A DNA stretch of 64,000 nucleotides from Octopus vulgaris (Eukaryota): NCBI GenBank assembly GCA_951406725.2, contig OX597828.1, positions 28,148,001 through 28,212,000 on the forward strand, in the 5' to 3' direction. The notes under the pieces are model-generated. The model saw nothing but the letters and a program-made list of their open reading frames with translations, was not told the origin of the DNA and made no database searches. The position numbers were made by a program, and so were the translations under genes. Below, piece after piece: positions 49,681-63,130 of this stretch. The stretch's first letter is position 1, and every line of letters begins with the position of its first letter.

Positions 49681-50268
49681 TGTGTATATATATATATATA
49701 TGTGTGTGTGTAGATATATATATATATACTCATACACACACACATATATATAAAGTTGTGTACAGGTGTGTGTGTGTAATGTTTACTCAAACAGACGTGT
49801 ATATATGTATGTGATTTGATGCTTAGACGTTTTACATGTATCGCCTCTACCACACTTGTACTTCATAAAGCCTAACATGTCTATGCCTAAAGGAGTAGTT
49901 CCAAACCTTCCGTAACTGCTACACATTGAATACATTGCAATTGAGATAATTAGTTAACTTACATCTATTTAAATATTACAAAAAAGATAAAGATAAGTTA
50001 CGGCTGGTCCCACTTTCATGTTTAAAAAATTTTTTTAAGTATATTAGTTTCTCTGCTGAACATCGAGGGAAGCAGTTATTAAAGGTTATTCAGAGCAGAT
50101 GGGAGGTTATTCAAATCAGTACTGAAGGTTATTCAGAGCAAGGTGTATGGCAGGGAAGAACTAAATCTTCATGCAGTTGTGATTCTCTTCATTAGAAGTA
50201 TGCATAATCTATGGAGAATATATGTGTGTGTGTATATATATATTGCATTCTTGTCCTATTTTGTATTT

Positions 50269-50299
<31 letters not shown>

Positions 50300-50682
50300 A
50301 TGTTCATGCATAAATACATACACACATTTTATTTATATATACATATATATATACATATATAAAATGCATATGTGTGTATTTATGTATGCACATTCATCTG
50401 TGTGCAAGTGCATGTGTTCGCAAGTCCTTTGCTTTAGTCAATATAAACCTGGTTCAGTCAAGTTATACTTAGCTCTGATAAAAAAAAAATGCATGGCTTC
50501 AATTAAATGTACTTGAAAGATACCCTTCCAAAAATAAATAAATCAGAGAAACAGCACTTAAAATAAATTTGTGTGGATGTATATATATATATATAGAGAG
50601 AGAGAGGGAGAGATATGTATGTATGTATGTGAGTGCATATGTGAATACATATATATACACACATAATTCATAGGTATACATA

Positions 50683-50737
<55 letters not shown>

Positions 50738-50787
50738 GTGTATGTATACACACTTGGATTTGTATATGATTTGTGTACTTATGTGTA

Positions 50788-50841
<54 letters not shown>

Positions 50842-50968
50842 AAGCCGACATTAAACAATGACAATGATGATATAAATATATGTGAATATGAGTGTAGATA
50901 TTTGTGTATATATGTGGGTGTATGTGTGTGTGTATATATATTTATATATATATTTATATTTATATATA

Positions 50969-51082
<114 letters not shown>

Positions 51083-52109
51083 CATACATACATGTGTGTG
51101 TGTGTGTGTGTATGAACTTGCAATTAAATGGAAACCAAAACAAAATAACCGTTTCCAGTTCCAGTCCCAATACTCATGCATCATCTTCTATTGAGCTTGG
51201 TTCGTTCGACCAATAATAATTCTGTTGAATAATTTCCTAACTTCTTCCCACTTTCTTTCCCACCAGACTGAATGTTCATGATTTTATTGCATGCTATACA
51301 TCCGCCTATCATCTCAGTTCATTTTTTAATACTTCTGTTTCTGCTTTCAAATGCTTATAGATGTTTTATAGTATGCTCTTAGTGTTTGGGGAATATACTT
51401 TGGGGGGGTTAGCAACCTTTCTTATAATGTTAGTATCATTATGTTTTTTTTTTTCTTTAATCATCCAATAAATTTTTTATTTTTGTTTTATTTTATTTTT
51501 GCATTCTTTAAAAAGTCTGTGTCTAGTAAGGCCAGATTAAGACCCAAAGAGGCCCTAAGCACTTACATGGTTTTGATGCCCCCCTCATCATCGTCATCAT
51601 CATCTAACGTCCATTGTCCATGCTGGCATGAGTTGGATGGTTTGACCAAGGCTGGGCAGCTGGAGGGCTGCACCAGACTCCAGTCTGATTTGGTATGGTT
51701 TCTATGGCTGGATGGTAATTCAAAATATAAACAATAATAAACCATAAAATAAATTTATATTTTTTTCAAAATGAAACAAAACCATCAGTCAGATGCAAAA
51801 TAACATTTATTCTTGTATACTTCCATTTTATATTTGAAAAATTTTCTCCTTTTTTTTAATTGCAAAGTCTTTGATCAGATCCTCAAAATTAATTTTACAT
51901 TACACATCTACTTCTATATTTAGTAAAGATAGGGCATCTCAAATATTATTTAAGCAAATTTAGACTGATTTCTTTTGTGCTGTAAACAATTTACCATTTC
52001 TGTGAATACTATGTAAATATTGGGTTAAGAACCCTTTGGATTGGAAAAGTTAAAGGCTATCTGTGGGTCCCAAAACCACATCTCCTGTAAACTTGAATTA
52101 CTTCACGTT

Positions 52110-52518
52110 CTCAGAATTTCTCAAGTTTTCTTTATCCGAATCGTGGCCGAAAAAAGTGCTATCCGAATCGTGGCCGATGCCAGCGTCGCCTCGACTGGCT
52201 GCTGTGCCGGTGGCATGTAAAAGGCACCATCCGAATCGTGGCCGATGCCAGTGCTGCCTTGACTGGCTTCCGTGCCGGTGGCACGTAAAATGCACCAATC
52301 CAATCGTGGCTGTTGCCAGCCTCGCCTGGCACCTGTGCAGGTGGCACGTAAAAAGCACCCACTACACTCACGGAGTGGTTGGCATTAGGAAGGGCATCAA
52401 GCTGTAGAAACACTGCCAGATCAGACTGGATCCTGGTGCAGCCTTCTGGCTTCCCAGATCCCCAGTCGAACCGTCCAACCCATGCTAGCATGGAGAACGG
52501 ACGTTAAACGATGATGAT
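52110..52518 (+). mobile_element. Family R element with about three repeat units
   Basis: Same units and tail as 47573-48506. Confidence 0.8.
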
Positions 52519-52584
52519 CAAAGACATACAATTCTCACTAGCAAGAATAAAGTTTCTATAAATGGCTAGAGAAATTCAAAGGAT

Positions 52585-52745
52585 TACTTTGGTCCAAAAG
52601 TAGAATACTTGTCATGTTTACAAGAGATGTTGGTTCAAGTCCCAAGGGCACCTTTTGGCTTTTTCTATCTAAAGGGCTTTTTAATTCAATATTTCCATGT
52701 TATTATTTATAGCTTTATCTGCATCAAGATTCACCATTCAAAAAA
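52585..52745 (+). mobile_element. tRNA-derived element homologous to 16305-16480
   Basis: ggtccaaaagtagaatac...gagatgttggttcaagtccc head, then tattatttatagctttat...agattcac. Confidence 0.5.
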
Positions 52746-52790
52746 ACAAAAAGATATATATATATATCTATGACTATATAAACCAACATA

Positions 52791-53260
52791 AAGGAGCATA
52801 GCCTGGTGGTTAAGGTGTTGTACTCAGAATTGTAAGATCATGGATTCAATTTCAAGAAAGGTCCGTGCATTGTGTTCTTGAGCAATACACTTCATCTCAC
52901 AATAACTGGGAAGTCCATTCAACAATAGCTGGGAAGTTAATGTTGTGATGGAACACTTGAATGCCCTTGAAACTGGGTTATAAACTCTGATGACTCTACA
53001 AGCAACTCATGACAGACTCGAGTCTGAGTCTCCTCTGCTAAATTTACAAGATCATGGTTTCATTTTCTGGACTGTAATGCATTGCATTCTTGAAAATAGC
53101 AATTTATTTCATGTTGCCTCAGTCTGCTCAGCTGTAAAGGAGCTCCAACAATAGCTGCGGAGTTAACCTAGCACTGGACCATCATCCTGTTCAGAGTGGG
53201 GGAGTATTTTAGCGTCATTCATTTATATGTTATGGCAACTGAGTGAAGTTCCAACCTTGT
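52791..53260 (+). mobile_element. Two old family C SINE copies
   Basis: gcctggtggttaaggtgttg...tgtgttcttgagcaatacacttc, with a second decayed copy from about 53040. Confidence 0.55.
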
Positions 53261-54855
53261 TACTCATTGGATTCAAGAAAAAAAAAAAAAGAATAATCAC
53301 CAATGTCTCCATCAGATTTTAAGACTATATGATGCATTTTGATAGAATTTGGTTGTTATTTTTAACAGAGCAATGTCTGCACAGAAGTTCCCATGCTAGC
53401 ACATTCTTCTCTCTTTGTGGAATTCCTTACCTTTATTAATTGGAAGTTCAGTGAGTACTAGAACAATTATTTTATCTGTCCCACATTTATAGTATGTGTC
53501 CAGATAGCAATCTGGAGTGGTAGGACACAAAACACAGCTAAAATAAGCCTTGTCAGTCTTTGATATAATTACCGTTATCAGAACTGTGGTATCTCAATAA
53601 CTACACAATGCTCTCATAGAATTGTAGCAGTATATGTCCATAAGTGAAGAATAATTTGGAAAATGGTTATCCATCGGCACTACTAGCATGCTGATACCTT
53701 AACTATCATTATGTACAGATATGAAAGAGAAAGAGGAAGAGACAGTCAGTAAAAGAGATAGAGAGAGATGGGGAGACTGGCAGAGAGAGAGAATGAGAGA
53801 GAGAGGGGGGGAGACTGGCAGAGAGAGAGAATGAGAGAGAGAAATGAAAATGAAATCAGAAAGTAAAATGCTGCTTTGGTATCTTAATATTCTCTGATAG
53901 CCACAAGAAAGTTGTTGGCATACATTTACATGCAAGTAGTGCAGCTTCTGGCAATTACTGCATTTAGCATCTAGTTTCAGCTTGCCGAAGAAGAAGCTGC
54001 CTTATCCATTCTCAAGTGATATTACATTTGACAAATCTCCAGACAGCTCGTAGCAGCAGCAGTAGCAGCAGCAGCAGTAACAGATTACTAAAATAGGTAG
54101 TTAGTTAAGAATTTCTTTTTTTTTCTTTCTTTTCCTTCTTCTTTTTTTTTTATATTTTTATCTTTTTATTTTTATTTTTATTTTTCAAGATGTTTGATTT
54201 CTGAGATTACTGACTTTCACCAAGGCATTATATTTAGAACGGACAACATCTCGTTGAAAGTAAGTACTTGGTGACAGTTATGGCATGCAATGACTTTGCC
54301 GATTGTCTGCTTCATCTCCTTAAATACCTCAATGATATCATCAAGCCGTTGAAGCAAGGAATAGATGAAATTGATCTTGCTCTTAAAGAAGAGCTACTTG
54401 AATCTCACAGAAACAGCGCCGTGATAACTCTCTTGTATCCAGAATCATCGGTGACTGACACACATTTCCTGTTGGTGGTGATATAAAGTGTTTGGCAGTT
54501 ACTGTGTTTATTTTGGTTCTGATTTTTATTTAAAGTCTGAATTATGTCTTATACACATTCATTTTTCTCGTTATTAACCATTCTATAAATCATATTGGTA
54601 GCTGGAATTGTATGTAAATGTGTTCCGTATTTTGAATATGGCCAGAAACTATTCTTCTAATCACAAGGGAGATAATTTGATGAAATGTAAGGGGGGGGGG
54701 GGAAAGAAAGAAAAAAAAAGATCTGACAATATGAAAAGAGGAAGAAGAGAAAAATACTCTTTTTAAAGATTGAGAGGGAAAAGATGTGTCACATGATAAT
54801 TGTATTTAGAAATAAAACTCTGCATGTGTGTGCGTGTGAGAGAGATAGAGAGAGA

Positions 54856-54891
<36 letters not shown>

Positions 54892-54976
54892 CAGAGGATG
54901 TGAGAGAGCCTTTCAGTTATATTGCATTAAAGAATCGCATAAGGGAAATTGAAACTCATCATTATTGCATTGTTGC

Positions 54977-55195
54977 CAGCACCATCTTGAGACATGGGCA
55001 CACTGGGAAGTTACCCAGGGACCCAAGCATCTAGAGGTTCAATTCTAATCTGTGTATGCAGTGAGCCATGTGCATTGATTTCCCCCTATGGGGGCCTTAC
55101 AATATATGCTGTGACTTTCTGTCAATGAATAAATATTATTGGGCCTAAATGCAATGATTTGCCCTGGGGCCTACAATACAACTAAGTCTACCCTA
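54977..55195. mobile_element. Old hAT-like MITE (gggccc family)
   Basis: cagcaccatcttga ... ttgccctggggcctacaat...taagtctaccct; related to 25351-25498. Confidence 0.4.
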
Positions 55196-55339
55196 ATTCT
55201 TGCAACTGCTTGGAATGGTAAATTATACCAATGTGCCAAACCTAATTTTTTTTGTTGTTTTTGTTTTTATTTGTGCATAGATTATACTCATGTATAATGT
55301 GCACTCCTATATTACAGGCAATGAAATGCATGAAACACA

Positions 55340-55842
55340 TGAAACATGCCCAGACCATTACTTGCACCAGATGTTTTGGTGTTGTTAACACCTGGTCCGA
55401 TGTTCATGGATGACCATCTAATCAAACAAAATTTGAGCAACCATCTGTAATTTAAATCATTGACAGATTTCCATTGCTTCACAATCCTGTTCTGGTGTTT
55501 AAATGCCCTGGCACAGATTCCAGCTTCATTCACTGCCCACTGGACAATGCATAAAGAACCATCATCACTTGTTAGTGCAAGCTGGTTTTTATCATTAAGT
55601 GAAGTACTTTGAAGGCTTCGGATCAAAGTTTGTCTCAAATGCATGATTGTGGCCACCACAATTTTCATATCAAGTGTTTGCACTTCCTCCGCTTTTGTAC
55701 AACCTAATAATTCATGTAACACTGCTTTGGATCACTTCTATGGAATTTGCCATCTGCTGACATGTCATAGAGATGTTTTCATGAAGCATTATAATTCTGG
55801 CACATTTCTCTTCACAGTTCATTTTTCTGACATCACCAAATT
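55340..55842 (-). pseudogene. Tc1-like transposase relic
   Basis: CARIIMLHENISMTCQQMANSIEVIQSSVT*IIRLYKSGGS (first HTH), SLCIVQWAVNEAGICAR (second HTH) and KHLVQVMVWACF (VMVWG motif), spread over shifted frames. Confidence 0.7.
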
Positions 55843-56059
55843 AAGTAAAAAGAAAATTAGATTTCCTACTGTCACATGATATATATATATATATATGATA
55901 AATATGTTTTATCACATGATATATATATGATAACCATGTGATAAATGTTTTTTATAATTTAAAAAAAATAATTTTACATGCTATGTGAAATTTACTAAAA
56001 CAAAAGAAAAATATCATTAATTGAAATTAAATTTTATTTTCAATGATACTTGCTCTTGG

Positions 56060-56226
56060 GTATTTTTTTTTTGTTCCCTCTCCATTTGTTTCTCTCATCC
56101 CTTTCTGTTGGAGAGCATAGGCTCAAAATGTCAAAGACCTCTCCATTTTTCTTGAACATCAAACTAATACACCTGCTTGTTGTTTCTTCACCTGTCTTCA
56201 TCTTTCGTTTTCTGTAAATTTGAACT
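56060..56226 (+). mobile_element. Family H1 element, hammerhead decayed
   Basis: 56101-56136: cttt CTGTTGG a gagc-atag-gctc aAAAt GTC aaag. Downstream matches the other H1 copies and ends in (TA)n. Confidence 0.55.
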
Positions 56227-56229
56227 ATG

Positions 56230-56298
<69 letters not shown>

Positions 56299-56720
56299 TG
56301 AGTAGATGAGCATATCTCAGTTTCTGTCCACCAAATCCAATCACAAGATACTGTGTATAACAGACTCTCTTGAACAGACTAAATTACTCTTTGGTGGCCA
56401 CTTGAAGATTGTAAGATAACGAGTAACTCATTATTATCACAGTCAACACAAGTGCACTCCTTCTAAATTATTGCTTTCATCTGAATTCAGATTATGTTGT
56501 TTTCTTTGTGAACACTGGTCATGCTGCACTATAATTGTTACTCTAGGAAGCAAGGCTCAATTATATTGCTGTGCTATCATTATTTTTCATAACTGATCAT
56601 CACTTTACATTAACTGGTCAGTTGACATGGTTTTGGACTGTAAAATATTGTGGTCAGCTGAGATTGTCATCTAAAATCCAAAGATTGGATTCTATAGATT
56701 GTGTTTGTATGTGCGTATGC

Positions 56721-57312
56721 CTTACTTGTTTAAATCATTGGACTGCAGCCATACTGTGGCACTGCCTTGAAGGCTTTAGTTAAAGAAATCAACCCCAGTA
56801 CACAGTTTTCTTTTTAAACCTGGTATTTATTATAATGGTCTCTTTGGCTGAGCCTCTAAGTCACAGTTATGTAAACAAACCAACAGCAGTTTGCAAGTGT
56901 TGGGGGTAGGGCAGACATTGGTGCAAGCATGGATGTGTGGATAGTTGTTGGCATGGTTCCTAATCACATGGTTCCAAGTTCAGTCCACTGTGTGATACCT
57001 TGTGAAAGTACCTTCTAGTAGAACCTCAAGCTGACCAGGGCCTTATAAGTAGTTCTGGAAGACAGAGACCAAAAGAAGCACAATGTTGTGTGCATGCAGG
57101 TGTGTGTGTGTGCACACGAAATATACTTGTGTGCATACGTTTGTCCACCACCACCACTTGACAACCACAGTTGGTTTGTTTGCATCCCCATAGCATAGCA
57201 GTTCAGCAAAAGGGACAAATAGAATATGTACCAGGCTTAAAAAATAACTTCTGGTGTTGATTTGTTTGACTAAAGCCTTCAAGGTGGTACCCCAGTGACT
57301 GAAACAGGTAAA
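56721..57312. mobile_element. Family A SINE 3' half (-) next to a diverged full copy (+)
   Basis: 56721-56900 reversed tail; 56920-57312 forward copy. Confidence 0.65.
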
Positions 57313-59147
57313 CAGTATATATATATATAAAATGCGTTTTATCGTGTTTTGTTTTGCGCATGATCCCTTGGTCAGTAGAGAAATTGTCTTACGAGAAATT
57401 GGTCAGTGACCTGCTGACTTACATTAAACAGTAAACAGCAGAGTTGCCTCTGTTGAAGGCTCTGAAGGATTATATATCAGTGTCAAACTAAGCTTATAAG
57501 GTTAAGCCGCTCACACCAGGGCCCTTGTGTCTAACTTTACCCACCACCCAGGCTCCTGAGTGGAAACAGAAATAGTTACATATACAGTTCAGGCAAACAA
57601 ATGGACAGACTCACAAAAAACACAATTCAAGTGAATGGCAATAACAGGCTTTTCTTCTCTCAAAGACCATATTTGTTCACCAGAATCACTACTTTCCTCA
57701 TCACTTAAACCAGTTTAATTGTCCAAATCACTATCATTTCCAGCATAAGTGTAAACTCTTTCTCCAAAGAATAAATGCCATCAATGATTTCCTCACCTGC
57801 AAAGAAGGAGTCTAGGCCTTGCTCCTTAACAAGATGAAGTACTGGGTTCATTACACACTTGTTTCACTACAAAATCGTTTTTTTTAAAATTATTTTGATT
57901 GTAAACAAAAATAAACAACATCTATGGAGGACACCGTATTAATATTGAACCATCAACAGACTTAACATAAAGCTTTCTATGTGGATCAGTTGTCTATTTT
58001 TAGCATTTCATCTTCTTTTTCTACCTGTGTTGTTCATTATCACTTTACTGGGAATCTGGCAGCGATGACATTCATGCCATTCCGGCTTCAGTAGGAACAA
58101 GGTCGACTGGGTTAAATTTAACATCTGTTCTCAAAACAAAAGCCACATTTACTTGTGTAACAATCTAAAATAAAGGCTAATTGCCCTAATTTTGCCCTAT
58201 CAGAGCCTAGAAAGCCATACACTATTCTTTTATTCCTTCATGAACAAAAGTGCAGATTCTTTTGTGAGTGATTTAAGTTATCTTCAGCTTTATCATCCTC
58301 ATCTTCATAATTTTTGTTACTATTTTTGCATCTTTATATGGGTCAAACAGGCTTTGAAATTATTCCACCTTGTTTTTGCATGTGGATTGAGTTTTGTTTT
58401 TTCATGTCACTAGCACTTATAAAGTCTGTAATAGAGCTAAAGAGTATCAACACACACACACACACTCTGCGTCTCCTTCTCCCTCTCTCTTTTTCTCTCC
58501 CTCTCTCTCTCTCTCACCTTTCATTCGGGAGTTATCCCTTCCCCCCCCCAGACAGACAGGTTACCTGTGATATTGCTTGCGGAGTTCACACATCTTTTTT
58601 TTTCTTTTGTTCAGTCTGTCCCTTTTGTTTTACCAGGGTTTTAAGACAGGATTGAACCTGCTTCCAAGTTCTGTAGGAAACCAAAGCAACAAATCAAGCT
58701 AACTGGAGCATGTTGATGATATTCTGCACACATCACACATGTGTGAACATTAGTGTCTGCCTGCCTGCCCCACTCCACACACACACACACACACACATAT
58801 AAACACAGTTAGATAAAGGTGCTGCTGGTGAATAGCTGGCACTAGCATTGAATAGCAAGGCAAGTCTATTCCTGTCGATGCTTCCGACATTGAGGTCCAA
58901 CAACATCACTCCTCAAACTGGGCATGACTGCTGTTTTTTTTTATTACTCTTTATAATTTATCTCAACACCTGAACAAAAAGCTTTCAATATCTCTATATT
59001 GTATTATCTTCCATCTACAGCCTACCTGCTATTATCTCTCTTTTATTTTCATATACTCTCCCTTCATCTTCCCATCTTTTTTTTTTTTTTTTCATATTCG
59101 CAACCACCTCCTCCACCACCTACACACACTCACACACACACACATAT

Positions 59148-59385
59148 GCATTCACATATAGATGTATGCGGACATGCAAACACACGCTTTGCAAACATAA
59201 ACATATATTTTTATGAAACACACGCAGACAAGCACACACTCACACACACACACACACACACACATGCATTCACATATAAATGTACGCGGACATGCAAACA
59301 CACGCTTTGCAAACATAAACATATATTTTTATGAAACACACACAGACAAGCACACACACACACACTCACACACACATGCATTCAA
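59148..59385 (+). repeat. Tandem duplication, 2 x ~118 bp
   Basis: tgcattcacatata...gcggacatgcaaacacacgctttgcaaacataaacatatatttttatgaaaca...agacaagcacac occurs twice. Confidence 0.85.
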
Positions 59386-60018
59386 GCATATGTATGTACT
59401 TACATACATTAGCACATGCATGGCAATGAGCAGATGCACTCAGCCTATATTCACACTCATAAAGCAACTCACACACACACATACACACACACTCATGTGC
59501 ATACACGCTCATATGCACATGCACACACGGAAAATGTAGCAAAAACCTAAGCTATTATATTTCTTATCTATCTCAAAATCTCACCACCACCACCACCACC
59601 GCCACCACCATCACCCTCTCCATATTCATCAACACAACTACATTCGCTGCAACATATGACCAGAGCAACCAGTTTTTTTTGTTTTGTGTTTTTTTTATCT
59701 ATTCTGAGGGGGGAGGAGAGGGTTCGCTATGTTTTTCAGAACTTTATCTTGAAAAATAAATGGAATTGAAAATTTAGCAGTTAATTACTTTCTACAATAC
59801 ATTTGTTGTTTCCTCTTGTATTTTCTCTCAGTTCCTAACCATAAACTTTGTTAATTTTTTATGTTGATTTTTTTTTTTTTTATCCATCCTAAATTGTGCA
59901 GTCGGAAGGTACCTTTGGAAAACTATGCCAATCCTCAGCTCCTTCTCATCACCAGTATCATTGTCACCAACATTATTAGATTAAGGTGAAAATTTAAGGG
60001 GATTTGGCTGTAATTTTT

Positions 60019-60345
60019 CACTGGACAGTGAGGCCCACCAATGGAGAAGTTCTTAAGCAGATCAGGCCAAAAATGTCGCTAGAAGCTAAGATCACCAAGC
60101 ATAGATTGGCATATTTCGGTCATATTAAGTGGAGAAAATCCCTGGAGAAGGACATCGTGCTCAGAATGGTCAGTGGCAAAAGAGGAAGAGGCCGACCAAG
60201 AACCTGCTGGCTTGACACCATCAAGAGTGATACCGGAATGGGCATAGCCAATCTGAAAGAAGCGGTCCAGGATAGAACTGACTGGAGGACATTGATCCAT
60301 CGAGTAACCGAGAGTCGACTTCGACTGAGTGGATAGAAGAAGGAA
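60019..60345 (+). pseudogene. BovB-like RTE LINE 3' end with TSD
   Basis: WTVRPTNGEVL...LAYFGHI...SLEKDIVL..VSGKRGRGRPRTCWLDTI...VQDRTDWRTLIHRVTESRLRLSG*. TSD ggctgt(a/g)attttt at 60006-60018 and 60346-60358. Confidence 0.9.
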
Positions 60346-60430
60346 GGCTGTGATTTTTAGCATTCCTAACTGTGACTGCATAGAATCTCACTGAATCCAT
60401 TCATGGGTCAATAATATCACGATATCTTAA

Positions 60431-60653
60431 CCCTTTAGTATTCAGATTAATTTATCAAATCTAATAATGCTTATTCAATCACTCTGCTTTTAATTAATCA
60501 TGCATTTTCCCATAACTTTGAGATTTTGATGATGTAATTGCATATCTTTAGAATGACTTTGTAGGGTAGGTGTGAGAGGCTGGATCTGGACAGTTTGAAG
60601 ATAAAACAGGTTGAATATTTGAGCCAGATATGGTCAGTTTAAATGCTAAATGG
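60431..60653. mobile_element. piggyBac-type MITE (second family)
   Basis: TTAA|ccctttagtatt ... aatgctaaatgg|taaa, imperfect TIRs. Confidence 0.6.
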
Positions 60654-60657
60654 TAAA

Positions 60658-60860
60658 AGCAGCGAGCTGGCAGAATTGTCAACATGCCTGAAGACATTCT
60701 TAGAACATAAAGTCCCCTGACTTTTGGTTCTAAGTCCAAATGTTGCCAGGGTTGACTTTGCCTTTCATCCTTTCGGGGTTGACAAAACAAGGGACCAGTT
60801 GAACACTGAAGTTGGTCTCCTCCCTTGAAGTTGCTGGTGTTTTGTGCCAAAAGTTGGTAT
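60658..60860 (+). mobile_element. Family B SINE, old
   Basis: gcgagctggcagaa head and ctttgcctttcatcctttcggggttgac core. Confidence 0.7.
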
Positions 60861-60947
60861 CAATAATGCAATATATATATTTATCCATCCAGTCACACAT
60901 ACACGTGTGTATGTGTGCGTGTGCGTGTGTGTGTGTGTGTAATATAG

Positions 60948-61312
60948 TGAGGATACATGGCATAGTGGTTAGGGTGTTTCACTCATGATCTCATGGTCAT
61001 GGTTTCAATTTCTAGACCAGAAGGTGTGTTGTGTTCTTGAGCAAAACACCTCATCTTCTGTTGATCTGCAATCACTTCAACACCCAACATGTGGCACACC
61101 GTACATCTGTCTGTTCAGACAATGTTGATTTAATGGCAGGAGTGAGTTTAAGGTATGGCCAACTTTAACTCCTTCCAGAGTTACTCATTTACTGTTGGGT
61201 GAACTGGAGAGCAATGTGGAATGAAGTTTTTTTGCCCAAGAACACAAAGCACTAACAGTCTGGGAATTGAAACCAGAATCATGAATGCAACATCCAAACC
61301 ACTGAGCCTTAA
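60948..61312. mobile_element. Two family C SINE copies in opposite orientation
   Basis: 60948-61160 (+) and 61185-61312 (-) share the tgtgttctt(gag/ggg)caaaa core. Confidence 0.6.
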
Positions 61313-61744
61313 CATGTTTGTATATAGATTTATCAGTGGTAGTGGAGACTCCTGTTACTTTAAACAGGACCATAGGAAAGGCAGCTCTTTCAGGAGAAAG
61401 AAACCCTGACATAAGCCTTGTGGTCCAAATAGCATTGGTCACCCTCCAATGCTTCTCACTGGAACCTGTAATGGCAACTGAGAGAATGGCAAAAGAGTTG
61501 TACAAGCTTTTGTCGTTTGATTCCAATGACATACAGATGTCTCTCTGTTCGTATTTCATTTCTTGATCTGCTTTGTATTCTTTGAAGTCCCTTGGCAGGG
61601 GCTGTATGGCAGCATGATAAGTCATAGCTGCTCACATGCAAGAATGAAGGTGAACCAGAACGGTTAAGGTGAATGGGAAATGACTGTAATGTGACAGGTT
61701 GCAGCAGTCGTCATATCATCGTTGGATTGGGTCACCCATATTCA

Positions 61745-61850
61745 GTCTACTGCTGGACAAGGGTCTCATCATGTTCTCTCCACCAACCATGGTCCAATAT
61801 GAAGGTTGTAAATTTGAGCTTGAAATCCTACTGGTTCGATGAACCCTACA
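61745..61850 (-). pseudogene. Possible RTE LINE terminal relic
   Basis: LDHGWWREHDETLVQQ*TE resembles the RTE ending DR..W....EAFVQQWT. Confidence 0.35.
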
Positions 61851-62176
61851 CTACCATGATGTAATTAACTTAATTACACCTGGGTATGAGTATAAAAATG
61901 GCACCCCCTCTGCCAAGCGATATTGAGGACGATGATGGTGGGTGGGGTACTGACATGAATGATAATGCTGACAATGTTGAGGATGAAGATGATGACAGCA
62001 ACAATGGTAATGAGGTTGAATAATAATGATTACTAATGTTCTTGCCAAAGACAAACATCACAGCTTCTCATTTCTTCTGCGAAAATCTTTCTCTGCAAAA
62101 TACCAAAAAAAAATTTTTCTGAATTAAGTGTCAGTATAGACATACACTTTAGCAAATGATCATTTCAGTTGTTAAA

Positions 62177-62219
<43 letters not shown>

Positions 62220-62550
62220 TATATATATACATATATACACACACACATGCATATTTATATATAACTATATATATATATATGTATATATATACATATATAT
62301 ATATATATGCACACACTGCACTTAAATGATCCATTTAATATCTTTTGCCACTTTTACTTCTTTATATCATCACATCTGCTTTTAACAGCTTTAAATAATT
62401 TATTAGTTTCATAAAATTATCATTATTATCATTATTATTATCATCATCATAATTATTATTATTATTATTATTATTATTATTGCTGTTGTTGTTGTTGTTG
62501 TTGTTGTTATAGAAATCAATATTAATTGATGCTAGAAATCATATATCATC

Positions 62551-62609
<59 letters not shown>

Positions 62610-63078
62610 TAGTAGTAGTAGTAATAGTAGTAGTAGCAGTAGTCTGAAGATTGAGTTTTGTAAATATATTTAATAATTTGATATATGCAAATGAAGACAA
62701 TATTCCTTGCGGAAAGACCAGAACCAGTATGTATGATAGTAAACACCATAGCATTTACATAAATTAGCATATTGAGTAAAGCTTAATTCCATTGCCTAGC
62801 CATTCCAAGAAAAAAAAAAAAAAGGAAGGAAAATCTTTCTGTATCCTTCCTGATTTGATCATAGTTTTTACCATGATTTTTTTTTTCTTTTGTTGCTTGT
62901 TTGTTTTCTTGTGACAGCATGGGGTTTGTTCTCCAAATGCTAATCATAGGACATTATTTGACAACTGGTGAGCTAATGGAAAAGAATCCTGATCATTTAT
63001 GGAAGTTAATGCAAAAAAAACAAACAATAATAATAAATTTATAAATAAATAAACTACCATTCCTCCTCACTAGATTTT

Positions 63079-63130
<52 letters not shown>

